Shown here: in pieces, positions 24,804-36,400 of the stretch
Layout of the letters: the number at the start of each line of letters is the position of its first letter
Numbering within the stretch: the first letter of the stretch is position 1
IMG/VR virus record: IMGVR_UViG_3300025872_000051
Coordinates: 1-64,000 of that record
From: a virus
Strand: one strand, 5' to 3'
Length of the DNA: 64,000 nt
The notes under the pieces: model-generated
Told to the model about the DNA's origin: nothing
Database searches by the model: none
Seen by the model: only the letters and a program-made list of their open reading frames with translations
Made by a program: the position numbers and the translations under genes

Positions 24804-25060
24804 AGGGGCACACCCCAAACATCACAAACCAACCACAAATCTCCGACAAATGACTAACACTTTCCGCGTTGTAATCCCTACCGCTGATGGTATACAAGTC
24901 GCTGGAGAGTTTCCTACTTGGTTGAATGCATCTCTGTTCCAGCAAGTTATTCTCACTGACCGCAATCTTAAGTGTTCGGTTGAATCGTTCTGTAACGGGA
25001 TGTGGTTAAGCGAATGTGATTGATTCTCTCTATTCTCATTAACACTTTTCACCCTACACT

Positions 25061-25318
25061 TTGCACCAAATGACTATCGCTTTCCAACGCAATGCTCTTG
25101 ACGTTTCCTATAACGGTTGGGAGAATTATGAGACCTGGAATGTTGCACTCTGGATTAACAATGATGAGGGTTTGTATAACCTTGCCCGTGAGTGTGGTTC
25201 GTATCAGGATTTCGTTGAATATATCAGCGAGTTCATGACACAAACTCCTGATGGTGTTCGCTATGATGATCCTGCTGTAAATGCGATCCAAATCAATAGC
25301 GATGTGTTTGACTTCTAA
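25061..25318 (+). CDS. Conserved phage protein (YNGW.NYETWNVALWI.ND)
   Basis: ORF track. Confidence 0.7.
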   Translation: MHQMTIAFQRNALDVSYNGWENYETWNVALWINNDEGLYNLARECGSYQDFVEYISEFMTQTPDGVRYDDPAVNAIQINSDVFDF

Positions 25319-25431
25319 GTAACACAAAAGGGAATGAGATGCGCCCTAAAGACACTCACCAAACACGCCACAACGGGGGAGGTAGTGGCACCCCACCAAA
25401 CACACAGTTTCTTACACTTTTCTTCTTCATT

Positions 25432-25572
25432 ATGTCCAAGCAAGTGATGATTTCCATGCTCAAGCAAGGTAACACTGGCGCTGAGATTCTGTCCATTCTG
25501 GATGCACTCACCGCTGATAATGTTTCGGAGGTTTCTGATAACGAACCCACTGCAGATGTGATTGAGTTCTGA
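25432..25572 (+). CDS. Small protein (46 aa, MSKQVMISMLKQGNTG.EI)
   Basis: Internal ATG of the 25339 ORF. Confidence 0.55.
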   Translation: MSKQVMISMLKQGNTGAEILSILDALTADNVSEVSDNEPTADVIEF

Positions 25573-25944
25573 TAACACAGAGGGCACAGGGTTTGACACT
25601 CTGTGCCCTTGAATGTTATGATAGATTGGTGACACTGGCGGGCAGTTAAATGCGGTTGGTTTGTTATAGCGCGGCGCGGCGTTGTCCCGTATATAAAAAC
25701 TTCGGGTCCCAGTGACCTCCAGAGGTGACAAAACGCGAGAGAAATATCAATCTCATAAAAAAATCCCGGAAGTATAAGATGAGAAAAAAATCCCGCCCCT
25801 ATTGGAATTTCTGGAAGGTTGTCTTTGCGGGATGGATGATCCGATATCCTGGAAAGATGTTTAGAATTATCGGAGTTCCTCTTGGAATACTGATAGTGGT
25901 AATATATAATGCAGTGAAATAAAAAAATTCCGGAAAAAATTTTT

Positions 25945-26145
25945 ATGGAAAAATATGAAAAGGTATATCACATCTACGCAAAACGCGAGTGCATTTATCA
26001 CAGCCTTTCAGAGGAAAAATTCTCTGAAATCTGGGATATGTTACACAAGATGATTGAACTACTTGATAGTAATTTCTCAGAAGAAGATTTACAGTATGAA
26101 GAAGTAATTGTAAATAAACTAATCACACAAAACGCTTCATATTGA
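25945..26145 (+). CDS. Conserved small cyanophage protein
   Basis: ORF track. Confidence 0.65.
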   Translation: MEKYEKVYHIYAKRECIYHSLSEEKFSEIWDMLHKMIELLDSNFSEEDLQYEEVIVNKLITQNASY

Positions 26146-26170
26146 CAAACACTAAATAGAACGATAAAAT
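26142..26170 (+). promoter_or_regulatory. Nested sigma70-like and late promoter
   Basis: TTGACA-17 bp-TAAAAT with ACTAAATA in the spacer. Confidence 0.7.
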
Positions 26171-26194
26171 TGAGTTTGAAGGTTTATTCAACTT

Positions 26195-26962
26195 ATGGCA
26201 AAAGGATTCACTGTAAAAGCAGCAGCACCAAAGAAATCCACTGAAGATTGGGATTATGATGCGATTAAAGAAAGAATGCGTGGAAAATCAATTGTATTCT
26301 GTCTTCCAGGTCGCGGGTGCTCGTTTATTTTTCTAAAGGCATTTGTACAACTTTGTTTTGACATTGTACAAAATGGAATGAGTATTCAAATCTCTCAAGA
26401 TTACTCATCAATGGTAAATTTTGCACGTTGTAAGTGTCTTGGTGCAAATGTACTTCGTGGTCCCAAGCAAGTTCCTTGGGACGGAAAACTAGAATATGAT
26501 TATCAACTTTGGATTGATAGTGATATTGTTTTTGATTCTAACAAATTCTGGCAACTCTGTGATCTTGCTTTTCCTGCTGAAGGAGAAGAACGTGAGGTTG
26601 CAGCAGGATGGTATGCTACAGAAGATGGTCACACAACCTCTGTCGCACACTGGTTAGAAGAAGATGATTTCCGTAAGAATGGTGGTGTGATGAATCACGA
26701 AACTGTGGAGAGCATCTCAAAGCGTCGTAAACCATTCACAGTTGACTACACTGGTTTTGGTTGGGTTCTTATTAAGAAAGGTGTCTTTGAGAATCTTGAG
26801 TATCCTTGGTTTGCTCCAAAGATGCAAGTTTTTGAATCCGGAGCTGTTCAGGATATGTGCGGTGAAGATGTTTCATTCTGTCTTGATGCAAAAGAAGCAG
26901 GATTTGAAATCTGGTGCGATCCTCGTATTAGAGTGGGTCATGAGAAAACTCGTATTATCTGA
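26195..26962 (+). CDS. Glycosyltransferase-like (GT-A) conserved cyanomyovirus protein
   Basis: LWIDSDIVF DxD motif; TGFGWVLIKKGVFE; GEDVSFC; VGHEK. Confidence 0.75.
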   Translation: MAKGFTVKAAAPKKSTEDWDYDAIKERMRGKSIVFCLPGRGCSFIFLKAFVQLCFDIVQNGMSIQISQDYSSMVNFARCKCLGANVLRGPKQVPWDGKLEYDYQLWIDSDIVFDSNKFWQLCDLAFPAEGEEREVAAGWYATEDGHTTSVAHWLEEDDFRKNGGVMNHETVESISKRRKPFTVDYTGFGWVLIKKGVFENLEYPWFAPKMQVFESGAVQDMCGEDVSFCLDAKEAGFEIWCDPRIRVGHEKTRII

Positions 26963-27114
26963 TGGAAAGAACTTACAATCTTTTATATAAAGGTCGTAAA
27001 ATTTATACAAATCTCACTACAGAAGAGTGTAGTGAGATTCTTCAAGATTTCTCTGAGCGTTATTTCTCGGGAGAAGACATTGATCCTAATTTAATTGAAC
27101 TGGAGGAAATTTAA
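26962..27114 (+). CDS. Small conserved protein (50 aa)
   Basis: Hand-translated MERTYNLLYKGRKIY... Confidence 0.6.
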   Translation: MERTYNLLYKGRKIYTNLTTEECSEILQDFSERYFSGEDIDPNLIELEEI

Positions 27115-27115
27115 A

Positions 27116-27256
27116 ATGGCTAAAGGTGGTAACAACAAGACTCTTTTTGAACCTGGAGCACCAAAGAAAACCCGTCAAGGACGTTCTGCTCGCACACTAC
27201 TAAGTGCAACCTCTCGTAATGGACGTAAAAAGAAGTACAGGGGACAAGGTAAGTAA
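27116..27256 (+). CDS. Small basic protein (46 aa, ...KKTRQG...KKYRGQGK)
   Basis: Hand-translated; GGAGG Shine-Dalgarno site upstream. Confidence 0.7.
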   Translation: MAKGGNNKTLFEPGAPKKTRQGRSARTLLSATSRNGRKKKYRGQGK

Positions 27257-27858
27257 TGTCTTATTTCCTAGATGTCAACGAAGAATGGAATCAAATCAAT
27301 CCTAAAGACATCTGGGCATACAATAAATTATCACTAAGTCGGATTTTGGAGTATAATTGTGGTCCTGCAGGAACCACAGTTCCAAAATCCGACTTTTATA
27401 TTGTTCGTCCATGCATCAATTTAATGGGGATGGGACGTTTTGCTCGCAAAGAATGGATAGAAGACAAAACAGAACACTTTCATCCATCAGAATTTTGGTG
27501 CGAAATCTTTCAAGGACCTCATTTGAGTGTTGATTATCACGAAAAGAAGTCAAATTTGGTCGTTTTAGGTGAAAAGAACGCAGATGACCCCTACTACAAG
27601 TGGAGAAAATGGTCAAAAATTGAAGTTGAAGTTGATTTCCCTTCAATTTTGAATGATTTAGTTGGTAATTATGAGTGGATTAACTGTGAATTTATAGGAA
27701 ATAAGTTAATAGAAGTTCAATTTCGCCAAAATCCAGATTTTCGTTATAATAATAGTGTTGCTATTCCAGTTTGGGATGAAAAAATAAATAAAAATATAAA
27801 AGATTATCGTTATATAGAAGATTTTGATTACTTAAGAAAAGGATTTTATGTTGATTAA
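27256..27858 (+). CDS. Conserved phage protein, possibly ATP-grasp-like
   Basis: YIVRP..NL.GMG...HLSVDY...INCEFIG..LIEVQFR.NPDF. Confidence 0.6.
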   Translation: MSYFLDVNEEWNQINPKDIWAYNKLSLSRILEYNCGPAGTTVPKSDFYIVRPCINLMGMGRFARKEWIEDKTEHFHPSEFWCEIFQGPHLSVDYHEKKSNLVVLGEKNADDPYYKWRKWSKIEVEVDFPSILNDLVGNYEWINCEFIGNKLIEVQFRQNPDFRYNNSVAIPVWDEKINKNIKDYRYIEDFDYLRKGFYVD

Positions 27859-27908
27859 GGGATAGTAACCCCTTAAAAAGTTCTGATTTTATCAATCAGG
27901 AGTTAAAA

Positions 27909-28070
27909 ATGGAGCAAAAAATGCTTAGAGAGATCTTCAATGATGATCTAACACCAAAAAAGCATAATTTTCAAGTTCAAAATGAAATTCATGAGTTAAT
28001 TCGTAATGATGATGACTATGATGATTGGGAATACGGTACAGAACCACTCTATGAATCAAAAAATCCCTAA
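27909..28070 (+). CDS. Small hypothetical protein (53 aa)
   Basis: Hand-translated; AGGAG upstream. Confidence 0.55.
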   Translation: MEQKMLREIFNDDLTPKKHNFQVQNEIHELIRNDDDYDDWEYGTEPLYESKNP

Positions 28071-28096
28071 TAAATAAGATAGAATTATATAAGTAA

Positions 28097-28498
28097 ATGC
28101 CTTTAGAAAGGGTAAGTAAAGGTTTTAAAGATATTAGTATGACCTTTCAGAGTAATCCTCTGAATGATGACTTGATTGCATTGAAAGATGCCTCTGCAAT
28201 TGCAAGATCAGTGCGTAATATTGTCTTTACTTTGCCTGGAGAAAAGTTTTTTAATCCAACTTTTGGGTCAAAAGTCAGTAAATCATTATTTGAGAACATT
28301 GATGGAATTGCGGCATCTATATTAAATGATGAAATTCGTAATTCCATCATAAATTATGAACCAAGAGTGTCTTTAATTGATGTGCAAACTGTTCCCGATT
28401 TTGACAATAATGCTTTTAATGTTACTATAATTTACAGAATAATAGGTATTGATGTTTCAGCACAACAATTACAGTTCGTTTTGCAGTCAGTAAGATAA
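28097..28498 (+). CDS. gp25: Baseplate wedge subunit gp25
   Basis: FKDISMTF..NP...AI.RSVRNIV.T.PGE.FF.P.FGS...YEPRV; late promoter AATAAATA upstream. Confidence 0.92.
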   Translation: MPLERVSKGFKDISMTFQSNPLNDDLIALKDASAIARSVRNIVFTLPGEKFFNPTFGSKVSKSLFENIDGIAASILNDEIRNSIINYEPRVSLIDVQTVPDFDNNAFNVTIIYRIIGIDVSAQQLQFVLQSVR

Positions 28499-30427
28499 AT
28501 GCCATTAGCAAACTTCTCAAATCTGGACTTTGACCAGATTAAAACATCTCTAAAAGATTACTTAAGATCCAACTCAAACTTCACTGATTATGACTTTGAG
28601 GGATCTAATCTTTCAACAATTCTTGATATTTTGGCATATAATACTTACATCACTTCATATAATGCAAATATGGTTGCAAATGAAGTGTTTATTGACAGTG
28701 CAACATTAAGAGAAAATGTGGTTGCTCTCGCAAGAAACATAGGATATATACCAAAATCAAGAAAAGCAGCGATCGCAACTGTAACATTTTTTGTAAATAC
28801 AAGCAATTTCCCACAAACTCCATCTTCATTAACTCTAAAAAAAGGAGTAGTTGCAAGTTCATCCGGAAGTTTTGCCAATCAATCATTCATATTCTCAATT
28901 TTAGAGGATATTACAGTACCAGTAGTTAATAATATAGCTTCTTTTAATGATGTCAAGATCTATGAGGGTGTTCTTTTAACATCTAACTTCACAGTTAATA
29001 CAAATAATCCAAACCAAAGATTTATTTTGCCTAATCCCGGAGTTGATACATCTTTAATATCTGTAAGAGTGAGAGATATTCAAGGAGACACATCTTCAGT
29101 AAAGTATTCCCTTCAAGATAGTGTTTTTGGCGTAAATAAAGAATCTAAAGTTTATTATATACAAGAAATAGAAGATGAAAGATATGAATTGATATTTGGT
29201 GACGGAGTTCTTTTTGGTAAAAAATTAGAAAATAATAATTATATTGAAGTTGATTATATTATATCAAATGGTAGTAGTGGAAATGGTATAAGTCAATTTA
29301 ATTTCTCTGGTAGATTAACTTATACAAAAAATGGTATAGAAAGTACAGTAACTTCTGGAATATCACTACTAACCACTGGCGTTTCATCTCAAGGTGGAGA
29401 AAACATAGAAACTGTAGAATCTATTAAGAGATATGCTCCAAGAATTTACGCTTCCCAAAACAGGGCTCTGAGTGCAAATGATTATGAAACACTGATACCA
29501 AGTAAAATATACCCAGAAACAGAGTCAATATCAGTTTTTGGTGGAGAAGAATTGATTCCTCCACAATATGGAAAAGTTTTTATTAGTATAAAACCAAGAA
29601 CTGGCGATTTTATTCCAAATTTAATAAAGCAAGACATTAAAAGGGAACTAAAAAAATACTCTGTTGCAGGAATTATTCCAGAAATTTTAGATCTAAAATA
29701 TCTTTACATTGAAGTAGATTCAAAAATTTATTATAATACAAATCTGACTACAAGTTCTGCTTATGTTTCAAGTATTATTCAGGGAAATGCAAATAAATAT
29801 GCAGAATCCTCAGATTTAAATAAGTATGGAGCAAGATTTAAATATAGTAAATTTCTTAAAACTATAGATGATAGTCACGAATCAGTAACTTCAAATATTA
29901 CAAAAATACAAATAAGAAGAGATCTTAGAGTTACATTAAATACATTTGCAGAATATCAGATTGGATTTGGAAATGCATTCTATATTAAGAGTATGAGTGG
30001 ATTCAATATCAAATCTTCTGGATTTAAAACTTCAGAATTTCAACAAACAGTATATCTTTCAGATATACCAGATAGTAATAGAATAACTGGATCAATATTT
30101 TTATTTTCAATTGAAAATGAGAATTCTACAGATTCCACAATCTTAAAGAGAAATGTTGGTAAAATTGACTATGAAAATGGAATAATTACTTTAAATCCGA
30201 TTAATATAATCTCAGGAAAAGTAAAAAATGGACAATCAATCATTGAAATTTCCGCAATTCCAAAATCAAATGATGTTATTGGATTACAGGATTTATATTT
30301 GCAACTAGATATTAATAACAGTTCGTTTGAAATGATCCCAGATTCCATAGCATCTGGGGCAGATCCTTCACCATCTAATTACACTATAACTTCAAGTTAC
30401 AGCAACGGAAACCTAGTAAGATCGTAA
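28499..30427 (+). CDS. gp6: Baseplate wedge subunit gp6
   Basis: LDFDQIK..LK.YL...FTDYDFEGSNLS..LD.LAYNT; QNRA....DY. Confidence 0.95.
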   Translation: MPLANFSNLDFDQIKTSLKDYLRSNSNFTDYDFEGSNLSTILDILAYNTYITSYNANMVANEVFIDSATLRENVVALARNIGYIPKSRKAAIATVTFFVNTSNFPQTPSSLTLKKGVVASSSGSFANQSFIFSILEDITVPVVNNIASFNDVKIYEGVLLTSNFTVNTNNPNQRFILPNPGVDTSLISVRVRDIQGDTSSVKYSLQDSVFGVNKESKVYYIQEIEDERYELIFGDGVLFGKKLENNNYIEVDYIISNGSSGNGISQFNFSGRLTYTKNGIESTVTSGISLLTTGVSSQGGENIETVESIKRYAPRIYASQNRALSANDYETLIPSKIYPETESISVFGGEELIPPQYGKVFISIKPRTGDFIPNLIKQDIKRELKKYSVAGIIPEILDLKYLYIEVDSKIYYNTNLTTSSAYVSSIIQGNANKYAESSDLNKYGARFKYSKFLKTIDDSHESVTSNITKIQIRRDLRVTLNTFAEYQIGFGNAFYIKSMSGFNIKSSGFKTSEFQQTVYLSDIPDSNRITGSIFLFSIENENSTDSTILKRNVGKIDYENGIITLNPINIISGKVKNGQSIIEISAIPKSNDVIGLQDLYLQLDINNSSFEMIPDSIASGADPSPSNYTITSSYSNGNLVRS

Positions 30428-30428
30428 A

Positions 30429-33400
30429 ATGACAGAAAATAGAATCAAATTTAATAATATACTGCAAAATCAACTTCCTCAGTATGTTAGAGAAGAGTTT
30501 CCATTAGTTGCTGAATTTTTAAAGCAGTATTATGTTTCCAAGGAGTTTCAGAGTGCTCCTGATGATATTATTCAGAATATAGATCGTTATATTAAATTAG
30601 ATACAATAAAATCAAATCAAGATTCAACAGAACTAACTCAAGATGTTTCATTCTTAGATGAAACTATATTTGTATCCTCAACAATCGGATTTCCAGATTC
30701 TTATGGTTTGATTCAAATTGATGATGAAATTATCACATATACAGGAAAAACAAATACATCTTTTACTGGATGTATACGGGGATTTAGTGGTGTTACTTCT
30801 TATGATAATCCGAATCAACAGGATGAATTAACATTTAATTCATCGGAATCATCCGATCACAGTGAAAATACTTTAGTAATTAATTTAAGTTCTCTTTTCC
30901 TTAAAGAATTTTTTGATAAAATTAAATATCAGTTATCTCCAGGTTTTGAGAATAGGGAATTTTATAGTGGTCTTGACAAATATTTGTTTATTAAACAATC
31001 AAAGGATTTTTACTCAACAAGAGGAACAGATCTCTCATTTAAAATTTTATTTAAAGCCTTATACGGAGAAGATGTTAAGGTTATAAAACCCCAAGATTAC
31101 TTAATTAAACCTTCAGATGCTGAATATCAGATTACCAATGATTTAGTTGTTCTTCCCGTATCTGGAGATCCTTATGATTTAGTTAGATCAACTCTTAGAC
31201 AAGATGAGTATAATAATATTCCGACTGGATATGCTCCAATTTCAAAGGTCCAACAAATAACATCAAAATCTAACAAATCATATTATAAAATAAGTTTTGA
31301 TGCTGGTTATAATAAAGATATTGGATTTGATGGATCTCTTTACGGGAATTTTTCAGTTCATCCTAAAACTAGAAATATAGGAGAAATATCTTCTGGTGCA
31401 GATACTATTGATGTAGATTCAACAGTTGGATTTCCTTCTGAAGGTGAATTATCAGTAACTTATGCCGATGGTACTGAAGGTATTATAACATACACCTCAA
31501 AGAATTTGAATCAATTTTTTGGATGTAGTAATATTTCAAATACAATATTAGATGCATCTGATATATGGTTAAATGTTTTTGCATATGGAATATCTAATAA
31601 AAATTCAAACGAAACAATAAAAGTTAGAATTACTGCCGTCCTTAGAGACACAAATATTATAGGTGATACTTATTACCAAGGAGTCGGTGATAATGGAATA
31701 GTAAAAACACTTGGAGTAAATGATGAAAGTGTTGTTTATGATAATTGGTTCTATAATGTATCAACAATTATTGATATTGATTCTGTAGAACTTGTTGATT
31801 CTTCAAACTTTACCTATTCATTAACTTCAAAAATAAATCATAATTTTAAGTTGGGAGATACATTAGAAATAACTTCAAGTGATTCTACAAAAATACTATC
31901 CACAGTAACAAGAATTAATTCTGATACAAATTTTGAAATAAGTGATCAGGGAACTCTTGGTGATGTGGAAGTTTTATATTACTCTGTTAGGAGAATACTG
32001 TCAAAAGCAACTTCTTCAAGTTATTCCACAATATCGAATCAGATTTCTAATGTTCAAAGTGTTTATAAAGACGGTCAAAAAACTTTAATAGCAGCATCTT
32101 CTTTACCTTATTATTATGAAACCCCATTAAATCCTTCAAACCGATCAGTAACATTTAATGTTGGTGTGGGAATTACTGATACATTTTTAATTCAGAATCA
32201 CGGATTTTATACCGGAGATTCTGTTTACTATACCTCAAGTGAAAATATAGATGACGGTTCTTTATTTAATAATGGAGTTTATTTTGTATACAGAGTAACT
32301 AAAGACAAATTAAAATTTTCGCAAAGTAGATCAAATTTATATAATTCAATTTTTATAGAAGTAGAAAATATTTTAGAAGTAAAAAATAATAAAATACAGG
32401 ATGTCAATTTACATTCAAAAAATTTAAGTTCACAAAATATTTTAAGAGAAATTTCTCCAACAATAAATGATGGAAATGAATATGTTACAAATTCTGGTCA
32501 TGTTGGATTATTAATTAATGGTGTTGAAATTTTAAATTATAAATCATCAGATAAAATTTATTATGGTCCAATTGAAAGTATTGATATAGTTTCCGGTGGA
32601 GTAAATTATGATGTTATTAATCCGCCAGAATTAGTCATTTCAGATTCTGTTGGAACTGGAGCTACTGGATATTGTTCTGTACTTGGATCTTTGCAAGAGA
32701 TTAAAATAATAGATCCGGGTTTTGATTACCTAGAAACTCCAACGATAAAGATCAGTGGTGGAAATGGAGAAGGAGCTAAAGCAAGTGCTTCATTAAAGTT
32801 AATTGATCATCAAGTTACGTTTAGTTCAGAATCTAAATCAAATCTAGTAAATATATCTAATGATAGTATAGGATTTTCAACATATCATAAGTTTAGAAAT
32901 GCTGAAAAAATAATTTATAAAACAAATGGGCAGCAGGCGATAGGAGGAATAGTAACTAATTCTTCTTACTACGTATCAATACCAGATTTGTATACAGTAA
33001 AATTACATAACACTTATGATGATGCCCTATCGGGAATTAATACCGTTTCTTTAACGTCATATGGTAAAGGAAATCATGTTATTGAGGCATATATTAAAAA
33101 ATCAGTAATATCTCAAATTAATGTAGAAGATTCTGGATCTGGTTATGAGAATAAAAGAAGAACTACTGATACTACTGGGATAAGCACATCACTATGTCAA
33201 GTCAATATAAAAGACCATGACTTTAAATCAGGAGAGATTATTACATATTCAACTACTGGAAGTGCAATAGGAGGACTTCAAAATAACAAAAATTACTACA
33301 TTACAAAAGTTGATAATGACAATTTTAAATTATCAACTGTTGGTATAAGTACTGGCAATGAAGATTTTTATTATAAAACTAAACAATATATACAATTTAG

Positions 33401-36400
33401 CTCTTTTGGAACAGGAACTCATACTTTCAATTATCCAAACATTTCAGTAGAAGTTATTGGTAAAGTTGGAACTTATTCCACAAATGACTTATTATTTAAA
33501 GCACAAATACAACCAATTTTTAGAGGAGAGATAACTTCTATACACTTAAAATCTGGTGGTATTGGTTATGGTTCTTCGGAAGTTATTAATTTTAATAGGG
33601 AACCTTCTATAGATTTAAGTAGTGGATCAAATGCTCAGTTAATACCGATAATTAATAATGGAAAAATTGAAGAAGTATTTGTAAATAATCCCGGTCAAGA
33701 TTATAATTCTCCACCAAGATTAAGAATTTTAACCGCAGGAAATGGTTCTGGGGCTATTTTAACACCAATAATAGAGGATGGAGAAATTAAATCGGTTAAA
33801 ATTGTAGAAAGTGGTGTTAGTTATGATAAAAATAATACTTCTATTGAGGTAACTTCTGCTGGCAATGGAGTAAAGTTTAGTACAAAATTAAAAACTTGGA
33901 CTATTAATTTATTTGAAAGATATAAAAATAATTTCTTAAATGGATTAGATGATGGATTTATTTACAATAATCCAAGATCAAAATATGGTCTACAATATAG
34001 TCATTTATATGCACCAAGAAAATTAAGAGAATCTGTATATGGAAAGGATTCTTTAGGAAAAACATTTTACGAATTTTCAGATCTAAAGAAAGTTAATGGT
34101 AGTGAGGTAAATTCAGATAAACATTCACCTATTATTGGATGGGCTTATGATGGGAATCCAATATATGGCCCATATGGATATGAGAAAAAAGATGGAACTG
34201 GAAATATAGTACAATTAAAATCCGGGTATTCCACTAAGACGGGAACAAATCTATTAAAAAATAGACCACCATTGAATATTTTTCCCTCAGGATTTTTTAT
34301 AGAGGATTATGAATTTAAAAATAAAGATAGTGAAAATATTTTAGATGAGTATAATGGAAGATTTTGCATAACTCCAGAATTCCCAAATGGAACTTATGCA
34401 TATTTCTCAACTTTTGAAGAAACCTCTTCAAATAATTTTTCAAAATATAAACTACCCAAATTTCCGTATATTATAGGAAATAAATTTAGATCAAAACCAA
34501 ATGATTTTAATTATAAGAGATCATCAAATCAAAATGATATTGATTTAAATAATACAAATTGGATAAGAAATACTAAACCATATAATTTACTTGAGAAGTA
34601 TTCATCTTATTCATATCTATCTCTGCCCAATTCATTAAATCAAACTATTGATATTAAATCAATTTCTCCTGGTTATGTAGAAACTATTGAAATAATATCT
34701 GGGGGAAATAATTATAAAGTAAATGACAATATTATTTTTGATAATGAGGGGACTGGTGGTTTTGGATTATTTTCAAAAGTATCAAGAATAGCAGGTAAAA
34801 CTATTAACACTATAAGTGTTGCAAGTAGTAGTATTTTTAATACAGAAATTTATAAAAATGGATTTGAAACTATAGTCCAATCTTCTTCTCCACATAATTT
34901 ATTGAATCAAGACATTGTTTCTATATCTGGATTAAATACAACTTCTTCTCTTTTAAATGGATTTTATAATATTAATGTAAGGTCAAATACTCTTGCAATT
35001 TCAAGTCCATCTGGAATTAGCAGCTCTTTAACTACTGGAATAGTAACTTTTATTTCTGTTTTCGGAAATATATCAGCAGTATCTGTAAATGATATCTATA
35101 AAGTTGGAGATGAAAAAGTTAAGGTACTCAATATTGATAAAGATTCTTCTAGAATTAGAGTTTTAAGAGGTATTGACAATACTGTAGGTACATCTCACAG
35201 TTATACGGATATTTTATATGAGATTCCAAGAAGGTTTTCTATTAATTCTACGATTGATTTACCGCATCCATCCAATAAACAAATATATTTTATCCCCAAC
35301 GAATCTCTTGGAATTGGAACTGTTTCTGGGGTAGGAATAGGAACTACTATTAAATTTTCAAATCCCGGAGTTGGAATAACTCAAATTTTTATTCCGACAA
35401 GATCAATATATTTACCAAATCATAATTTAAATACTGGAGATGAAATAATATATTCATCTAATGGAGGAACTGAAATTTCAATTTCAATTGATGGAATTAC
35501 TTCATTATCTTTACAGAATGATGAAAGATTGTATGCGGCAAAAATTTCAAACGATTTAATAGGAATATCAACAGTAAAAGTTGGTATTGGTACAACAGGA
35601 TCTTTCGTTGGAATTGGAAGTACTTTAAGTTCATCAAGATTATTATATTTAACTGGTATAGGAACAGGACTATATCATTCATTTACTACTAACTATCAAA
35701 CTTTATCCGGAAAAGTTTTAAAAAATATAGTAACAGTTTCAACCGCAGAAACTCATGGATTGACAAATAATGATGTTGTTTATATGAATGTCAATCCTGG
35801 TATTTCTACAACATATGTAATTAAATATAACGATTACAACAGAAAATTATTGGTAAATCCAAGAGAATTTGAGTCAACACAAGTTAATATTGATACTGAT
35901 TTAGTTAATATTCCAAATCATAATTTTAAAAATGGTCAAAAGGTTGTTTATACTCAAACATCATCATTTAATGGTTTAACGAATAATAAAATTTATTATG
36001 TTGTTGTATATGATGAGAATAATATCAGATTATCTTCTTCATATTATTCCTCAAAATCTCTATATCCAGAAATTGTAGGTATAACTTCTACTCATGGGGG
36101 AATATTATCTCCAATAAATCCTCAAATTAAAGCTTATAAAGATTCAACTATAGTTTTTGATGTTTCAGATCCTACACTTTCATACGTCACAAATTCTGAA
36201 ATTTATTCAGCATTTAAACTTGATTTTTATCAAGATTCTAACTTTACACAAATTTTCGAGAGTACCAAAAAAGATGATACTTTTGAAGTTAGAAGAGAAG
36301 GAATTGTTGGAACATCAAATGCAAAAGTTTATTTAACTATTAATCAAGATATTCCCGAAAAACTATATTATAAATTAAATCCCATTTACAACAGCACTTT

